The notes under the pieces: model-generated
What the model was told of the DNA's origin: nothing
The model's database searches: none
The model's input: only the letters and a program-made list of their open reading frames with translations
Origin: Actinophytocola sp.
GTDB lineage: Bacteria; Actinomycetota; Actinomycetes; Mycobacteriales; Pseudonocardiaceae
Reading direction: 5' to 3'
DNA: 24,341 nt
NCBI RefSeq assembly: GCF_035712165.1
Contig: NZ_DASTBH010000307.1
Coordinates: 1 to 24,341 of the forward strand
Part shown: positions 1-7,567 of the stretch, in pieces
Numbering within the stretch: the stretch's first letter is position 1
Layout of the letters: each line of letters opens with the position of its first letter
Position numbers and translations under genes: made by a program

Positions 1-993
1 CGAGGTCGGCTCGGTGGCCGGATCCTCGATGTGGGACAACAGGATCCGGGCCATCGCGGCGGCCATCTCCTCGATCGGCTGGCGGATCGTGGTGAGCTGC
101 GGCCGGCAGGACACCGCGGGCGGACTGTCGTCGAACCCGACCACGGCCACGTCCTCGGGTACCCGCCGGCCGTGCTGGCGCAGCACCAGCAACGCGCCGG
201 CGGCCATCAGGTCGTTGGCCGCGAACACCCCGTCCAGCCTGGGATGTTCGGTCAGCAGCCGCTCCATCGCGGTCTCGCCGCCGTCCTGCTTGAAGTCGCC
301 CTCGGCGATCGGCACGTAGGGGTGGCCGTGCCGGGCCAGCGCGTCCCGGAACCCGGCCAGCCGGTCCTGGCTCGCCGGGACGTCCAGCGGGCCGGTGATC
401 GTGGCGAGTCGTGAACGGCCGCGAGCCAGCAGGTGCCCGGCGGCCAGCCGGGCGCCGTCCTGATGCGCCAGATCCACGTAGCTGACCGGGATCGGGGTGG
501 CCGGCCGGGCGAACAGCACCGTAGGCACCCCGGCCCGCGCGAACAACTCGGGCAGCGGGTCCTCGGCGTGCGTGGAGACCACCAGCGCGCCGTCGGCGTT
601 GCCCTGCCGCAGGTTGGCCACCACGTCGGCGCGGGCCGGGTCGGAGTCGGCGAGCATGAGCAGCGGATGAATCCCCAGCGGTCGCAGGAAGTCCACCGCT
701 CCGGCGGCCACCCGCCCGAAGAACGGATCGGCGAAAACCGTGGCCGCGTACCCGGTGCCGGCGGTTCCCTGCGGCGACCCGGAAACCACCAGCGCGATGT
801 TTCCGGCCCGCCGCGTCACCAGCGACCGCGCCGCCCGGTTCGGCGCGTACCCGGTCGTCGCGATCGCGCGCCGGACCTGTTCCTGAATCTCCAGATCGAC
901 GTTGCGCACCCCGTTGATCACCCGGGACACCGTCGCCCGGGACACCCCCGCCACCCGGGCCACGTCCTCCAGCGTCGCCGCGCGATCAACCAT
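1..993 (-). CDS. LacI-family transcriptional regulator. It is partial because the C-terminus runs off the window start.
   Basis: Reverse-strand translation from the ATG at 993..991 gives MVDRAATLEDVARVAGVSRATVSRVINGVRNVDLEIQEQVRRAIATTGYAPNRAARSL. This is the canonical LacI N-terminal HTH. It is followed by a periplasmic-binding-protein-like sugar-binding core (GNIALVVSGS...FFGRV...). No stop is reached before position 1. Confidence 0.85.
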   Translation of the reverse strand, partial: MVDRAATLEDVARVAGVSRATVSRVINGVRNVDLEIQEQVRRAIATTGYAPNRAARSLVTRRAGNIALVVSGSPQGTAGTGYAATVFADPFFGRVAAGAVDFLRPLGIHPLLMLADSDPARADVVANLRQGNADGALVVSTHAEDPLPELFARAGVPTVLFARPATPIPVSYVDLAHQDGARLAAGHLLARGRSRLATITGPLDVPASQDRLAGFRDALARHGHPYVPIAEGDFKQDGGETAMERLLTEHPRLDGVFAANDLMAAGALLVLRQHGRRVPEDVAVVGFDDSPPAVSCRPQLTTIRQPIEEMAAAMARILLSHIEDPATEPTS

Positions 994-1279
994 GCTCGGA
1001 TGATACGGGCCCGGAGAGCGGTTTCCCGTGCATAGCGGTCTCCCGGCGGCCGGCGCCGCCGCTCGTGCGGCTCTGCTCGCGGCGCACTCGGCGAACGGCG
1101 AGGTCGTGAGCACGACGAAGGTGGTGGACTGGCCGTACCCCCAGGTGGTGAGCACCACCTCGCCGACGGCCAGTCCACTGGCGATCGCGATCCGCCCGCC
1201 GAACAGGGGTCGCGTGGTCAGCTCAGCCTTGCCGAGTGGGGGCGGGGGATCGGCGACTTCGAACGACTTCGAACACCGG

Positions 1280-3961
1280 TCAGCGGGCGGCCAACCTCGC
1301 TCGGATGGCTTCCGCCTCGGGGAAGCCGAGCACCTCGTACACGGCCAGCGCGCGGTTCCAGTGCTCCCGGGCCTGCTCCTGGTTGCCCAGACCGTGGTGG
1401 GCGTGGCCGAGGCCGTCGTCGGCCCGGGCCTGCTCCTGCCGCTGGCCGATCTTGCTGGCGTACTGGTGGGCGTCGGCGTGCGCGCGCAGTGCCTGCGCCA
1501 GATCCCCGGTGACCCGGGCGAGCTCGCCCAACCCGTTGAGTGCCTTGGCCTGCCCGCCCGGATCGCCGAGATCGCCGGACAGCCGCAGCGCCGCCTGGTG
1601 GTGTTCTTCTGCCTGCGCGTACCGCCCGGACCGCCGGCAGATAGCGCCGAGGTTGTTCAGGGCGCGGGCCTCGTCGTCCCGGTCGCCGATGTCCCGGGAG
1701 ATCGCCAGTGCCTGCCGGTGGTGTTCGGCGGCGCGGTCGAGCTGACCGGTTTGCTGGTACGCCAGGCCGAGGTTGTCCAGGGCGCACGCCTCGCCCTCCC
1801 GGTCGCCGACCTCGCGGAGCAGGGCGAGGGCGGCGCGGTGGTGCCCGGCGGCCTGCTCGTGCCGGCCGGTCAGCCGGGAGATCGTGCCCAACTCGTCGAG
1901 CACCCGGGCTTCGCCCTCCCGGTCGTCGAGCTCCCGGCACAGCGCCAGGGTCTGCCGGAAGTGGTCGGCGGCCCGGTCCAACTGGCCGATCATCTGGTAT
2001 GCGCAACCGAGGTTGCCGAGCGCGCGGACCTCGCCGAACCGGTTTCCGGTGGCACGCATGCAGGCCAGCGACTGGGCGTTGTACTCGGCGCCGCGCTCGT
2101 AGCGGCCACTCAGCAGGCAGATGAAGCCGAGGTGGTACAGCGCCCAACCCTCTGTGTCCACATCGGACAGATCACGGGCGATGACCAGTGCTGCGTCGAA
2201 CTGGCCGGTCGCCTGCTCGTAGCGGCCGGTGCGCTGGTACAGGTCGCCGAGGCCGACCAGCGCGCGGGCCTCGCCGGCCCGGTCTCCGCACCGGCGAGCG
2301 GCACCGATCGCGTTCTGGTGCAACAACATCGCGTCCGGATAGTGGCAGGACATGGCCAGATGCCGGTGCAGGGTGGCGGAGAACGCCACCGCGGCAGGCT
2401 CCGGCAGGTCCGGGTGTGTCGCGACGGCGAGCAGGTTCGCCCGCTCGGTGTTGAGCCAGCCGCGCGCGGCGGCCCGATCGGGCGGGGCGTCCGGCGCGTT
2501 CGGCGGGGCGGTGATCCGAGGCGCGCCGTGCCGGTGGTGCGGGTAGATCACGTCCACCGCGCGGGCGGCCAGGTACAGGTAGTGCTCGGCCAGCCGGCCG
2601 AGCCCGGCGCGCCGGTCGCGGGCCGGATCCTCGTCATGTGCCCGGGCGGTGGCGAAGGTGCTGATCAGGTTGTGGACCCGGTACCGATCCGAGCCGGCCC
2701 GCTGCACCAGGCTGGCGGCGCTGAGCGCCGCCAGCAGCCGGCGGGCGGTCGGCTCGTCCGTGCCGATCAGCGCGGCGGCGGCGTCCGGGCCGACGTCGAT
2801 GCCGGGATACAGTGCCAGCAACCGAAACGCGCGCTGCTGGTCGGCGGCGAGGTCGCGGTAGGAGAGGTTGATGGCCACCTCGACGCCACTGTCCACCCGC
2901 AGGCTGCGTTGGTGGTGCTCGAGGCGTTCCAGGTGGTCGGTCAGCGTCCAGTCGGGGTTCGCCCTGATGCGGCTGGTGACCAGGGCCAGCGCCAGCGGCA
3001 GGTAGCCGAGCAGGCCGGCGATGCGCGCGGCGGACTCGGGCTCGGCGGAGACCGGGCCACCGGCCCGGCGCAGCAGGGTGATCGCCTCGGCCAGGCTCAG
3101 CACGTCCAGTGGCAGATGCCGGGCGGTGGTCAGTTCGGGCAGGGCGTGCCGGCTGGTGATCAGGGCGCAGCAGCCGGGCCCGTCCGGGAGCAGCGGCCGG
3201 ACCTGCTCGGCCGAGGCGGCGTTGTCCAGCAGGATCAGCGCGTCCCGGCCGGCCAGCAACTGCCAGTACTTCGCCTCCCGCCCGACCAGGTCGAGATGCT
3301 GGATCTGCTCGGCGGGCAGGCCGAGCCGGCGCAGGAAACCTTCCAGCACGGCGCCCGGATCGGCGGGCGGCCGGTCCGGGTCGTAGCCGCGCAGGTCCAC
3401 CGCCAGCCGCACTCCGGTGAACTTTCCCTCGGCCAGCAACCGGTGTCCGGCGTGCACCGCCAGCCGGGTCTTGCCGACACCGGGCATGCCGGTGATCGAC
3501 AGGAGCAGCGGTTCCGGGCGTTCGCCGTGGGCCAGGCCGGTGATCGTGGTCAGCTCGGCCCGGCGGCCGACGAACGACGGCAGGTCGGCCGGCCAGCTGT
3601 CGGTCACGCTGACGATCGCCGCGGCACTGCCCAGGCCGGCCACCACCCAGCAGGCCTGCCGCCACTGTTCGGCCGCGTCGTCCTTGCCCAGCAACGCGCG
3701 CGCGACATCGGTGACCAGATCCACGTCCAGCCGGGCTCGATCGGGCTGGAAGCACCGGTAGATCGTGTTCAGCACCGGCCGCTCCGGCACGCCGCGCGCC
3801 TCCCTGGCCCGCACCACCTCCCGGTGCACCGCCCGGTAGGACATCCCGGACCAGGCCTGGAGCAGCCGCAACCGTTCGACCAGCTCCCGCATACTCGCCA
3901 CACCCTGTGGTGTGGGCGGCCGCCCATCGCCGTTGCCTGTCACCGTAACCCCGCGCGCCAT
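1280..3961 (-). CDS. HTH (XRE-like) – NB-ARC P-loop NTPase – TPR-repeat protein, a STAND-class regulator.
   Basis: The N-terminus contains an HTH region (MRELVERLRLLQAWSGMSYRAV). The NB-ARC domain has a Walker A motif (GMPGVGKTRLA), a Walker B motif (ALILLDNA), a TSR sensor motif (ALITSRH) and a GLPLA-type motif (LGYLPLALALV). The C-terminal 300 aa is an array of TPR repeats (ALDNLGLAYQQTGQLDRAAEHHRQALAISRDIGDR...). The start is ambiguous: GTG at 3982, ATG at 3961 or ATG at 3892. Confidence 0.8.
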   Translation of the reverse strand: MARGVTVTGNGDGRPPTPQGVASMRELVERLRLLQAWSGMSYRAVHREVVRAREARGVPERPVLNTIYRCFQPDRARLDVDLVTDVARALLGKDDAAEQWRQACWVVAGLGSAAAIVSVTDSWPADLPSFVGRRAELTTITGLAHGERPEPLLLSITGMPGVGKTRLAVHAGHRLLAEGKFTGVRLAVDLRGYDPDRPPADPGAVLEGFLRRLGLPAEQIQHLDLVGREAKYWQLLAGRDALILLDNAASAEQVRPLLPDGPGCCALITSRHALPELTTARHLPLDVLSLAEAITLLRRAGGPVSAEPESAARIAGLLGYLPLALALVTSRIRANPDWTLTDHLERLEHHQRSLRVDSGVEVAINLSYRDLAADQQRAFRLLALYPGIDVGPDAAAALIGTDEPTARRLLAALSAASLVQRAGSDRYRVHNLISTFATARAHDEDPARDRRAGLGRLAEHYLYLAARAVDVIYPHHRHGAPRITAPPNAPDAPPDRAAARGWLNTERANLLAVATHPDLPEPAAVAFSATLHRHLAMSCHYPDAMLLHQNAIGAARRCGDRAGEARALVGLGDLYQRTGRYEQATGQFDAALVIARDLSDVDTEGWALYHLGFICLLSGRYERGAEYNAQSLACMRATGNRFGEVRALGNLGCAYQMIGQLDRAADHFRQTLALCRELDDREGEARVLDELGTISRLTGRHEQAAGHHRAALALLREVGDREGEACALDNLGLAYQQTGQLDRAAEHHRQALAISRDIGDRDDEARALNNLGAICRRSGRYAQAEEHHQAALRLSGDLGDPGGQAKALNGLGELARVTGDLAQALRAHADAHQYASKIGQRQEQARADDGLGHAHHGLGNQEQAREHWNRALAVYEVLGFPEAEAIRARLAAR

Positions 3962-4060
3962 CTTCCTGTGGCCATCGATCACTGTAGTCGCGGGCCGTGC
4001 CGGACGCAGGTACGACCGACGCAGTGCACTCCAGCGCTGTCCACAATGGAGGGTTGAATT

Positions 4061-5329
4061 CTAGACCGTGACCAACAGGCTGTCGTAACCCCGCAGCATC
4101 AGGTGGGTGCGTTCGCCGGGCTGGTCGTACAGGGCGAGGTCGGGGAACCGGCGCAGCACCATCGGCAGGGCGACCTGGGCCTCGAGCCGGGACAGCGCGG
4201 CGCCGAGGCAGTAGTGCAGACCGCCGCCGAAGGACAGGCTGTGGTTGTCGGGCCGGCTGGGGTCGAACACGTCCGGGTCGGCGAACCGGGCCGGATCCCG
4301 GTTGGCCGCGCCGAAGAGCACCAGGATGCGGCTGCCTTCCGGGACCGGGATCCCGTCCACCTCGGTGTCCGCGGTGGCCCAACGGATGCTGAAGTGCGTT
4401 GGAGGCTCGTAGCGCAGCGTCTCCTCGACGACCGCCGCGGCGATCCGCTGCGACCCGGCGACCAGCGCGGCGGCCAGGCGCGGCCGGTCCAGCAGCAGGG
4501 TCAGCGCGTTGCCGATGAGGTGGGTGGTGGTCACGTAACCGGCGTTGAACATGGTCAGCAGGTTGGCGACCAGCTCTTCGTCGCGCGGCAGCGCATCGTC
4601 GTCGTGCCGCTGCACCAGTGCGGTCACCAGGTCGTCGCGCGGCTCGGCGCGGCGCTGGGCGAGGAGTTTGGTGAAGTACCCGGTCAGTTCGGTGGCCGCG
4701 GCGTCGGCCCGGGGCAGGTAACGCCACATCGCGGTGCCGAGGTCGAGGATCGCGCCGAACGAGCGCACCCGTTGCGGGAACCAGGCGCGATCCTGCTCCG
4801 GGACCCCGAGCAGTTCCCCGATCACGTCGCTGGGCAGCGGTAGCGCGAACTCCGCCATGAAGTCGACCGGTCTGCCACCGCGGCCGAGTCCGGCCATCCG
4901 GTCCAGCCGTTCGTTCACCAGTCGCACGATCGCGGGTTCCAGCGCGGCGATCCGGCGCGGGGTGAACACCTGGCTGAACAGCCGGCGTACCCGCACGTGA
5001 TCCGGGCCGTCGGTGAAGAAGATCGAACCGAGCAGGGTGCGCAACGCCGGGTGTTCCCGCCAGGGGGAGTTGCGGCGGTCCGGATGATCGGCGTCCATCA
5101 CGTGAAATGTCGGATCGCGCATGACCTTGTTGGCGGCGTCGAACCCGTGCACCACGAAATCGAAACGGTTCTCGGGATCCTCGCACCGGCAGATCTGTCC
5201 GTACCGGTGCAGTTCGGCGTAGTACGGGTAAGGGTCGCGGCGCCCATCAGCGGACAACAACGCGCCCAGCGAGACGGTGTGCACCGCGACCGCCCCGGAA
5301 CGCACACCGGAGTAGTCGGCAACGCTCAT
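4061..5329 (-). CDS. Cytochrome P450 monooxygenase.
   Basis: 422 aa. The heme-binding loop FGGGLHYCLGAALSRLE has the FxxGxHxCxG motif. The ExxR motif (EETLRY) is present. The I-helix motif AGYVTTTHLIGNA (AGxxTT) is present. Confidence 0.92.
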   Translation of the reverse strand: MSVADYSGVRSGAVAVHTVSLGALLSADGRRDPYPYYAELHRYGQICRCEDPENRFDFVVHGFDAANKVMRDPTFHVMDADHPDRRNSPWREHPALRTLLGSIFFTDGPDHVRVRRLFSQVFTPRRIAALEPAIVRLVNERLDRMAGLGRGGRPVDFMAEFALPLPSDVIGELLGVPEQDRAWFPQRVRSFGAILDLGTAMWRYLPRADAAATELTGYFTKLLAQRRAEPRDDLVTALVQRHDDDALPRDEELVANLLTMFNAGYVTTTHLIGNALTLLLDRPRLAAALVAGSQRIAAAVVEETLRYEPPTHFSIRWATADTEVDGIPVPEGSRILVLFGAANRDPARFADPDVFDPSRPDNHSLSFGGGLHYCLGAALSRLEAQVALPMVLRRFPDLALYDQPGERTHLMLRGYDSLLVTV

Positions 5330-5484
5330 CCGCTGTTCGTATCAGGGCTGTCCGATCGCGGGTAGAACCTATTGGCGGAATTTGTCGTCAGTTAGTGAAT
5401 AACTCAGACATCCTGGTTTATAGGCGACCAACGGGGTGTAGCGCGCAGTTCGCCCATAACCGTTCTAAACCTGATGAGCCCACC

Positions 5485-5501
5485 GAACTTTGAAAAAGTT
5501 C
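5485..5501. promoter_or_regulatory. 17-bp perfect inverted repeat GAACTTTGAAAAAGTTC in an AT-rich intergenic island upstream of the P450 gene. It is a candidate operator.
   Basis: The half-sites GAACTTT and AAAGTTC are exact reverse complements separated by a 3-nt spacer. It lies in the 5330..5635 low-GC gap between the P450 start and the 3' end of the upstream gene. Confidence 0.3.
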
Positions 5502-5635
5502 TGGTACTACAACGTTTGTAGCCAAACGGCCAGTCCGGCACAAGGGGGGCGATTGCGGGCGAAGCGCAACCAATCCGGACATTTGTTAACGAACTACGCG
5601 TGCCACGTCCGGTGGGATGAAGCGGGCGCGGGCGG

Positions 5636-6061
5636 CTAGCAGGTGCGGCATTCCCGGGGCGTGCGGATGACGAAGGTGGTGCTGCCGGACACCCCCAGGG
5701 CGTCGGTCGCGGTCACCGTGACGTTGTACACGCCCGCGCGGGCCCAGCCGGAGATCAGCCCGGAACTCGCGTTGATGTGCAGGCTGGTCGGCAGCCCACT
5801 GGCCGTCCACGTGTAGGGGAAGGTGCCGCCGCCGACGGTCATCTGGAGGCTGACCGCGTCGAACTCCACGTAGTTCTGGGTCCCGGGGTTCCCGACCACC
5901 ACGGCGTTGACGCCGGCCGAGGCGAGCGCGGTGTTGGTGGACAGGGAAAAGGCCGCGACGAGCATCGCCAGCCAGACCAGCCGGCGGCTCCACCGAAGGC
6001 GATTCGTGGTCACCCAGCCAGGTTCCCATATTGGGCCGGACACGGGAAAGCGCCGGCCCAT
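5636..6061 (-). CDS. Secreted He_PIG / putative Ig-like domain protein.
   Basis: The N-terminus has a hydrophobic signal/anchor segment (LVWLAMLVAAFSLSTNTALASA). The domain TFPYTWTASGLPTSLHINASSGLISGWARAGVYNVTVTATDALGVSGSTTFVIRT matches the He_PIG (putative Ig) consensus. The ATG at 6061 is preferred over the TTG at 6067. The gene lies 21 nt downstream of the methyltransferase gene. Confidence 0.65.
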   Translation of the reverse strand: MGRRFPVSGPIWEPGWVTTNRLRWSRRLVWLAMLVAAFSLSTNTALASAGVNAVVVGNPGTQNYVEFDAVSLQMTVGGGTFPYTWTASGLPTSLHINASSGLISGWARAGVYNVTVTATDALGVSGSTTFVIRTPRECRTC

Positions 6062-6082
6062 GGACAAAAAGTTCGGCCCCGG

Positions 6083-6895
6083 TCAGGGTTTGCGGCCGAC
6101 CGCGCCCATGATGCCGATCTGTTCGGGATGCTCGCCGACATCCTGATCCATCTCGGGCCGCCATTGCGGCACCCAGACCAGCCCGGGTTCCACCAGTTCG
6201 GTGCCGGCCATGAGTTCCATGACCTGTGCGGGGGTTCTGCTGATGAAGGGTGTCGTGGTGTCGTCGTAATGCCGCTCGGCGCCGGCCGGCACCTCCGCCA
6301 TTCCGGCGACGCTGCCGTGGGAAACCACGAAATGGCTGTTCGACGCCAGGGGACGCAGATACCGGGCGACCGATGCCCGGGGATCGGCCGAATCCGGAAC
6401 GAAGTGCAGCACGGCGACCATCAGCAACGCCATCGGCTGGTCGAAGTCGAGCAACCGCGCGACCGGCGCGGAGTCCAGGATCGTGTCCGGGTCGCTCAGA
6501 TCGGCGTGCAGGACGGCCGCGTTGGCGTTGTCCGCCAGGATGGCCTCACTGTGCGCCACGGCGATCGGCTCGTTGTCCACGTACACGACCCGGCACTCGG
6601 GCGCCATCCGCTGGGCGATCTCGTGCACGTTGCCCACGGTCGGAATACCGGAGCCGATGTCCAGGAACTGCCGGATCCCGGCGTCGACACAGAACTGAAC
6701 CGCGCGACGCAGGAACGCTCTGTTGGCGCGGAACGACCGGTCGACGTTCGGCACGATCTCCAGGAACCGCTCGGCGAACAGCCGGTCCTGCTCGAAGTTG
6801 CAGCCGCCGCCGAGGAAGTAGTCGTAGACCCGCGCCGCGTTGGGCGTGTCCACGTCGATGTGTTGCGGTGCCCACGATGGTCGTTCAGCCGACAT
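6083..6895 (-). CDS. SAM-dependent methyltransferase, DUF574 / Methyltransf_19-like.
   Basis: The start at the ATG at 6895 gives MSAERPSWAPQHIDVDTPNAARVYDYFLGGGCNFEQDR. This is the characteristic N-terminus of the actinobacterial DUF574 SAM-methyltransferase family. A Rossmann segment (FLDIGSGIPT) follows. The longer 327-aa ORF upstream of this ATG is an R/S/P-rich extension and is unlikely to be translated. Confidence 0.8.
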   Translation of the reverse strand: MSAERPSWAPQHIDVDTPNAARVYDYFLGGGCNFEQDRLFAERFLEIVPNVDRSFRANRAFLRRAVQFCVDAGIRQFLDIGSGIPTVGNVHEIAQRMAPECRVVYVDNEPIAVAHSEAILADNANAAVLHADLSDPDTILDSAPVARLLDFDQPMALLMVAVLHFVPDSADPRASVARYLRPLASNSHFVVSHGSVAGMAEVPAGAERHYDDTTTPFISRTPAQVMELMAGTELVEPGLVWVPQWRPEMDQDVGEHPEQIGIMGAVGRKP

Positions 6896-7085
6896 GTGAC
6901 GATCGTATCGATGCCCTGAGTCAGCTTGCACAGGCCTCGAACTCATCGGGGGTGTGACCGATGGCCGGTTCTGCCGAGAAGCACGTGTCCCGAGGTCGGA
7001 AGAGTACCCGTGAGGTACAGCGCATGCTGGTCGCCGGGACTTGGCGCCGCGGGAGAACCGGCCCATCGATCAACCTGTCACAGGC

Positions 7086-7562
7086 TCACCGGACGATCTG
7101 GATTTCCCGCTGGTCGGTGGCCGGCGGCGGGTTGGGGAAGAAGTTGATGTTCAGCGTCGCCGACGCGAACGCCGTTCCCCTGCGGAACGGCGCGCTGCCG
7201 GGTGAGGGCAGCACCGTCAGCTCGATGGACTCGGCGCCGCCGGTGAACCAGCCGATGCTCGCGCTGGCGGTGCCGGTGGCGATCTGCTGCCCGACCCGCT
7301 CGGTGACGGTCAGCGAGAGGTAACCCAACGGGAAACCGCTCGGGTTGCTTGCCGGGCCGACGAACGTGACCCGGACCGTGATCGCCGCGCCCCGCGCCTG
7401 CAGGGTGGCCGGCGACTCCACCCGGACCAGGCCGAGCGACGGCGAGTCGGCACTCACGTCCGCGCTCACCGGCGCGACGGACGCGACCAGGGTGCCCGCC
7501 ACGATGGCGGTGACAGCCAGGGCCATGGCCTTGGCTCTCCCTCGTAACGATGGGAATCTCAT
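7086..7562 (-). CDS. Small secreted hypothetical protein (~158 aa) with an N-terminal TTA (bldA-dependent) codon.
   Basis: The start is the ATG at 7562..7560, preceded by GGTAAGGAAC, which serves as its Shine-Dalgarno sequence. The Sec-type signal peptide is MRFPSLRGRAKAMALAVTAIVAGTLVASVAPVSA. The first codons are ATG AGA TTC CCA TCG TTA CGA GGG AGA, which includes the rare TTA and AGA codons. The mature part is Ser/Thr/Ala/Gly-rich and looks like a beta-rich domain. There is a 5-nt gap to the upstream Wzy_C gene. Only the last 159 codons of the 571-aa track ORF are real. Confidence 0.6.
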   Translation of the reverse strand: MRFPSLRGRAKAMALAVTAIVAGTLVASVAPVSADVSADSPSLGLVRVESPATLQARGAAITVRVTFVGPASNPSGFPLGYLSLTVTERVGQQIATGTASASIGWFTGGAESIELTVLPSPGSAPFRRGTAFASATLNINFFPNPPPATDQREIQIVR

Positions 7563-7567
7563 GTTCC

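Noticed and set aside
994-1279. An open, fairly protein-like reading frame (…GKAELTTRPLFGGRIAIASGLAVGEVVLTTWGYGQSTTFVVL…). It continues in-frame upstream of the LacI ATG.
   Set aside because: LacI clearly begins at the canonical MVDRAATLEDVA HTH. The open stretch has no start or Shine-Dalgarno sequence. Both strands there translate to T/V-rich peptides because of ACC/GTG-rich DNA. It is possibly a gene remnant, but it cannot be supported.
1028-4057. A 1009-aa plus-strand ORF spanning the STAND gene region.
   Set aside because: It is the antisense shadow frame of the minus-strand NB-ARC/TPR gene. It is R/G/A/P/Q-rich low-complexity sequence with no motifs. The minus frame carries the Walker A/B, GLPLA and TPR signatures.
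2634-5186. An 850-aa minus-strand ORF.
   Set aside because: It is an Arg/Pro/Gly-rich out-of-frame overlap of two real genes, the P450 and the STAND regulator. It is a high-GC artefact.
5586-6164. A 192-aa minus-strand ORF overlapping the He_PIG gene.
   Set aside because: It is an alternative frame that is RG-rich. The 5636..6061 frame contains a signal peptide and a recognisable He_PIG domain.
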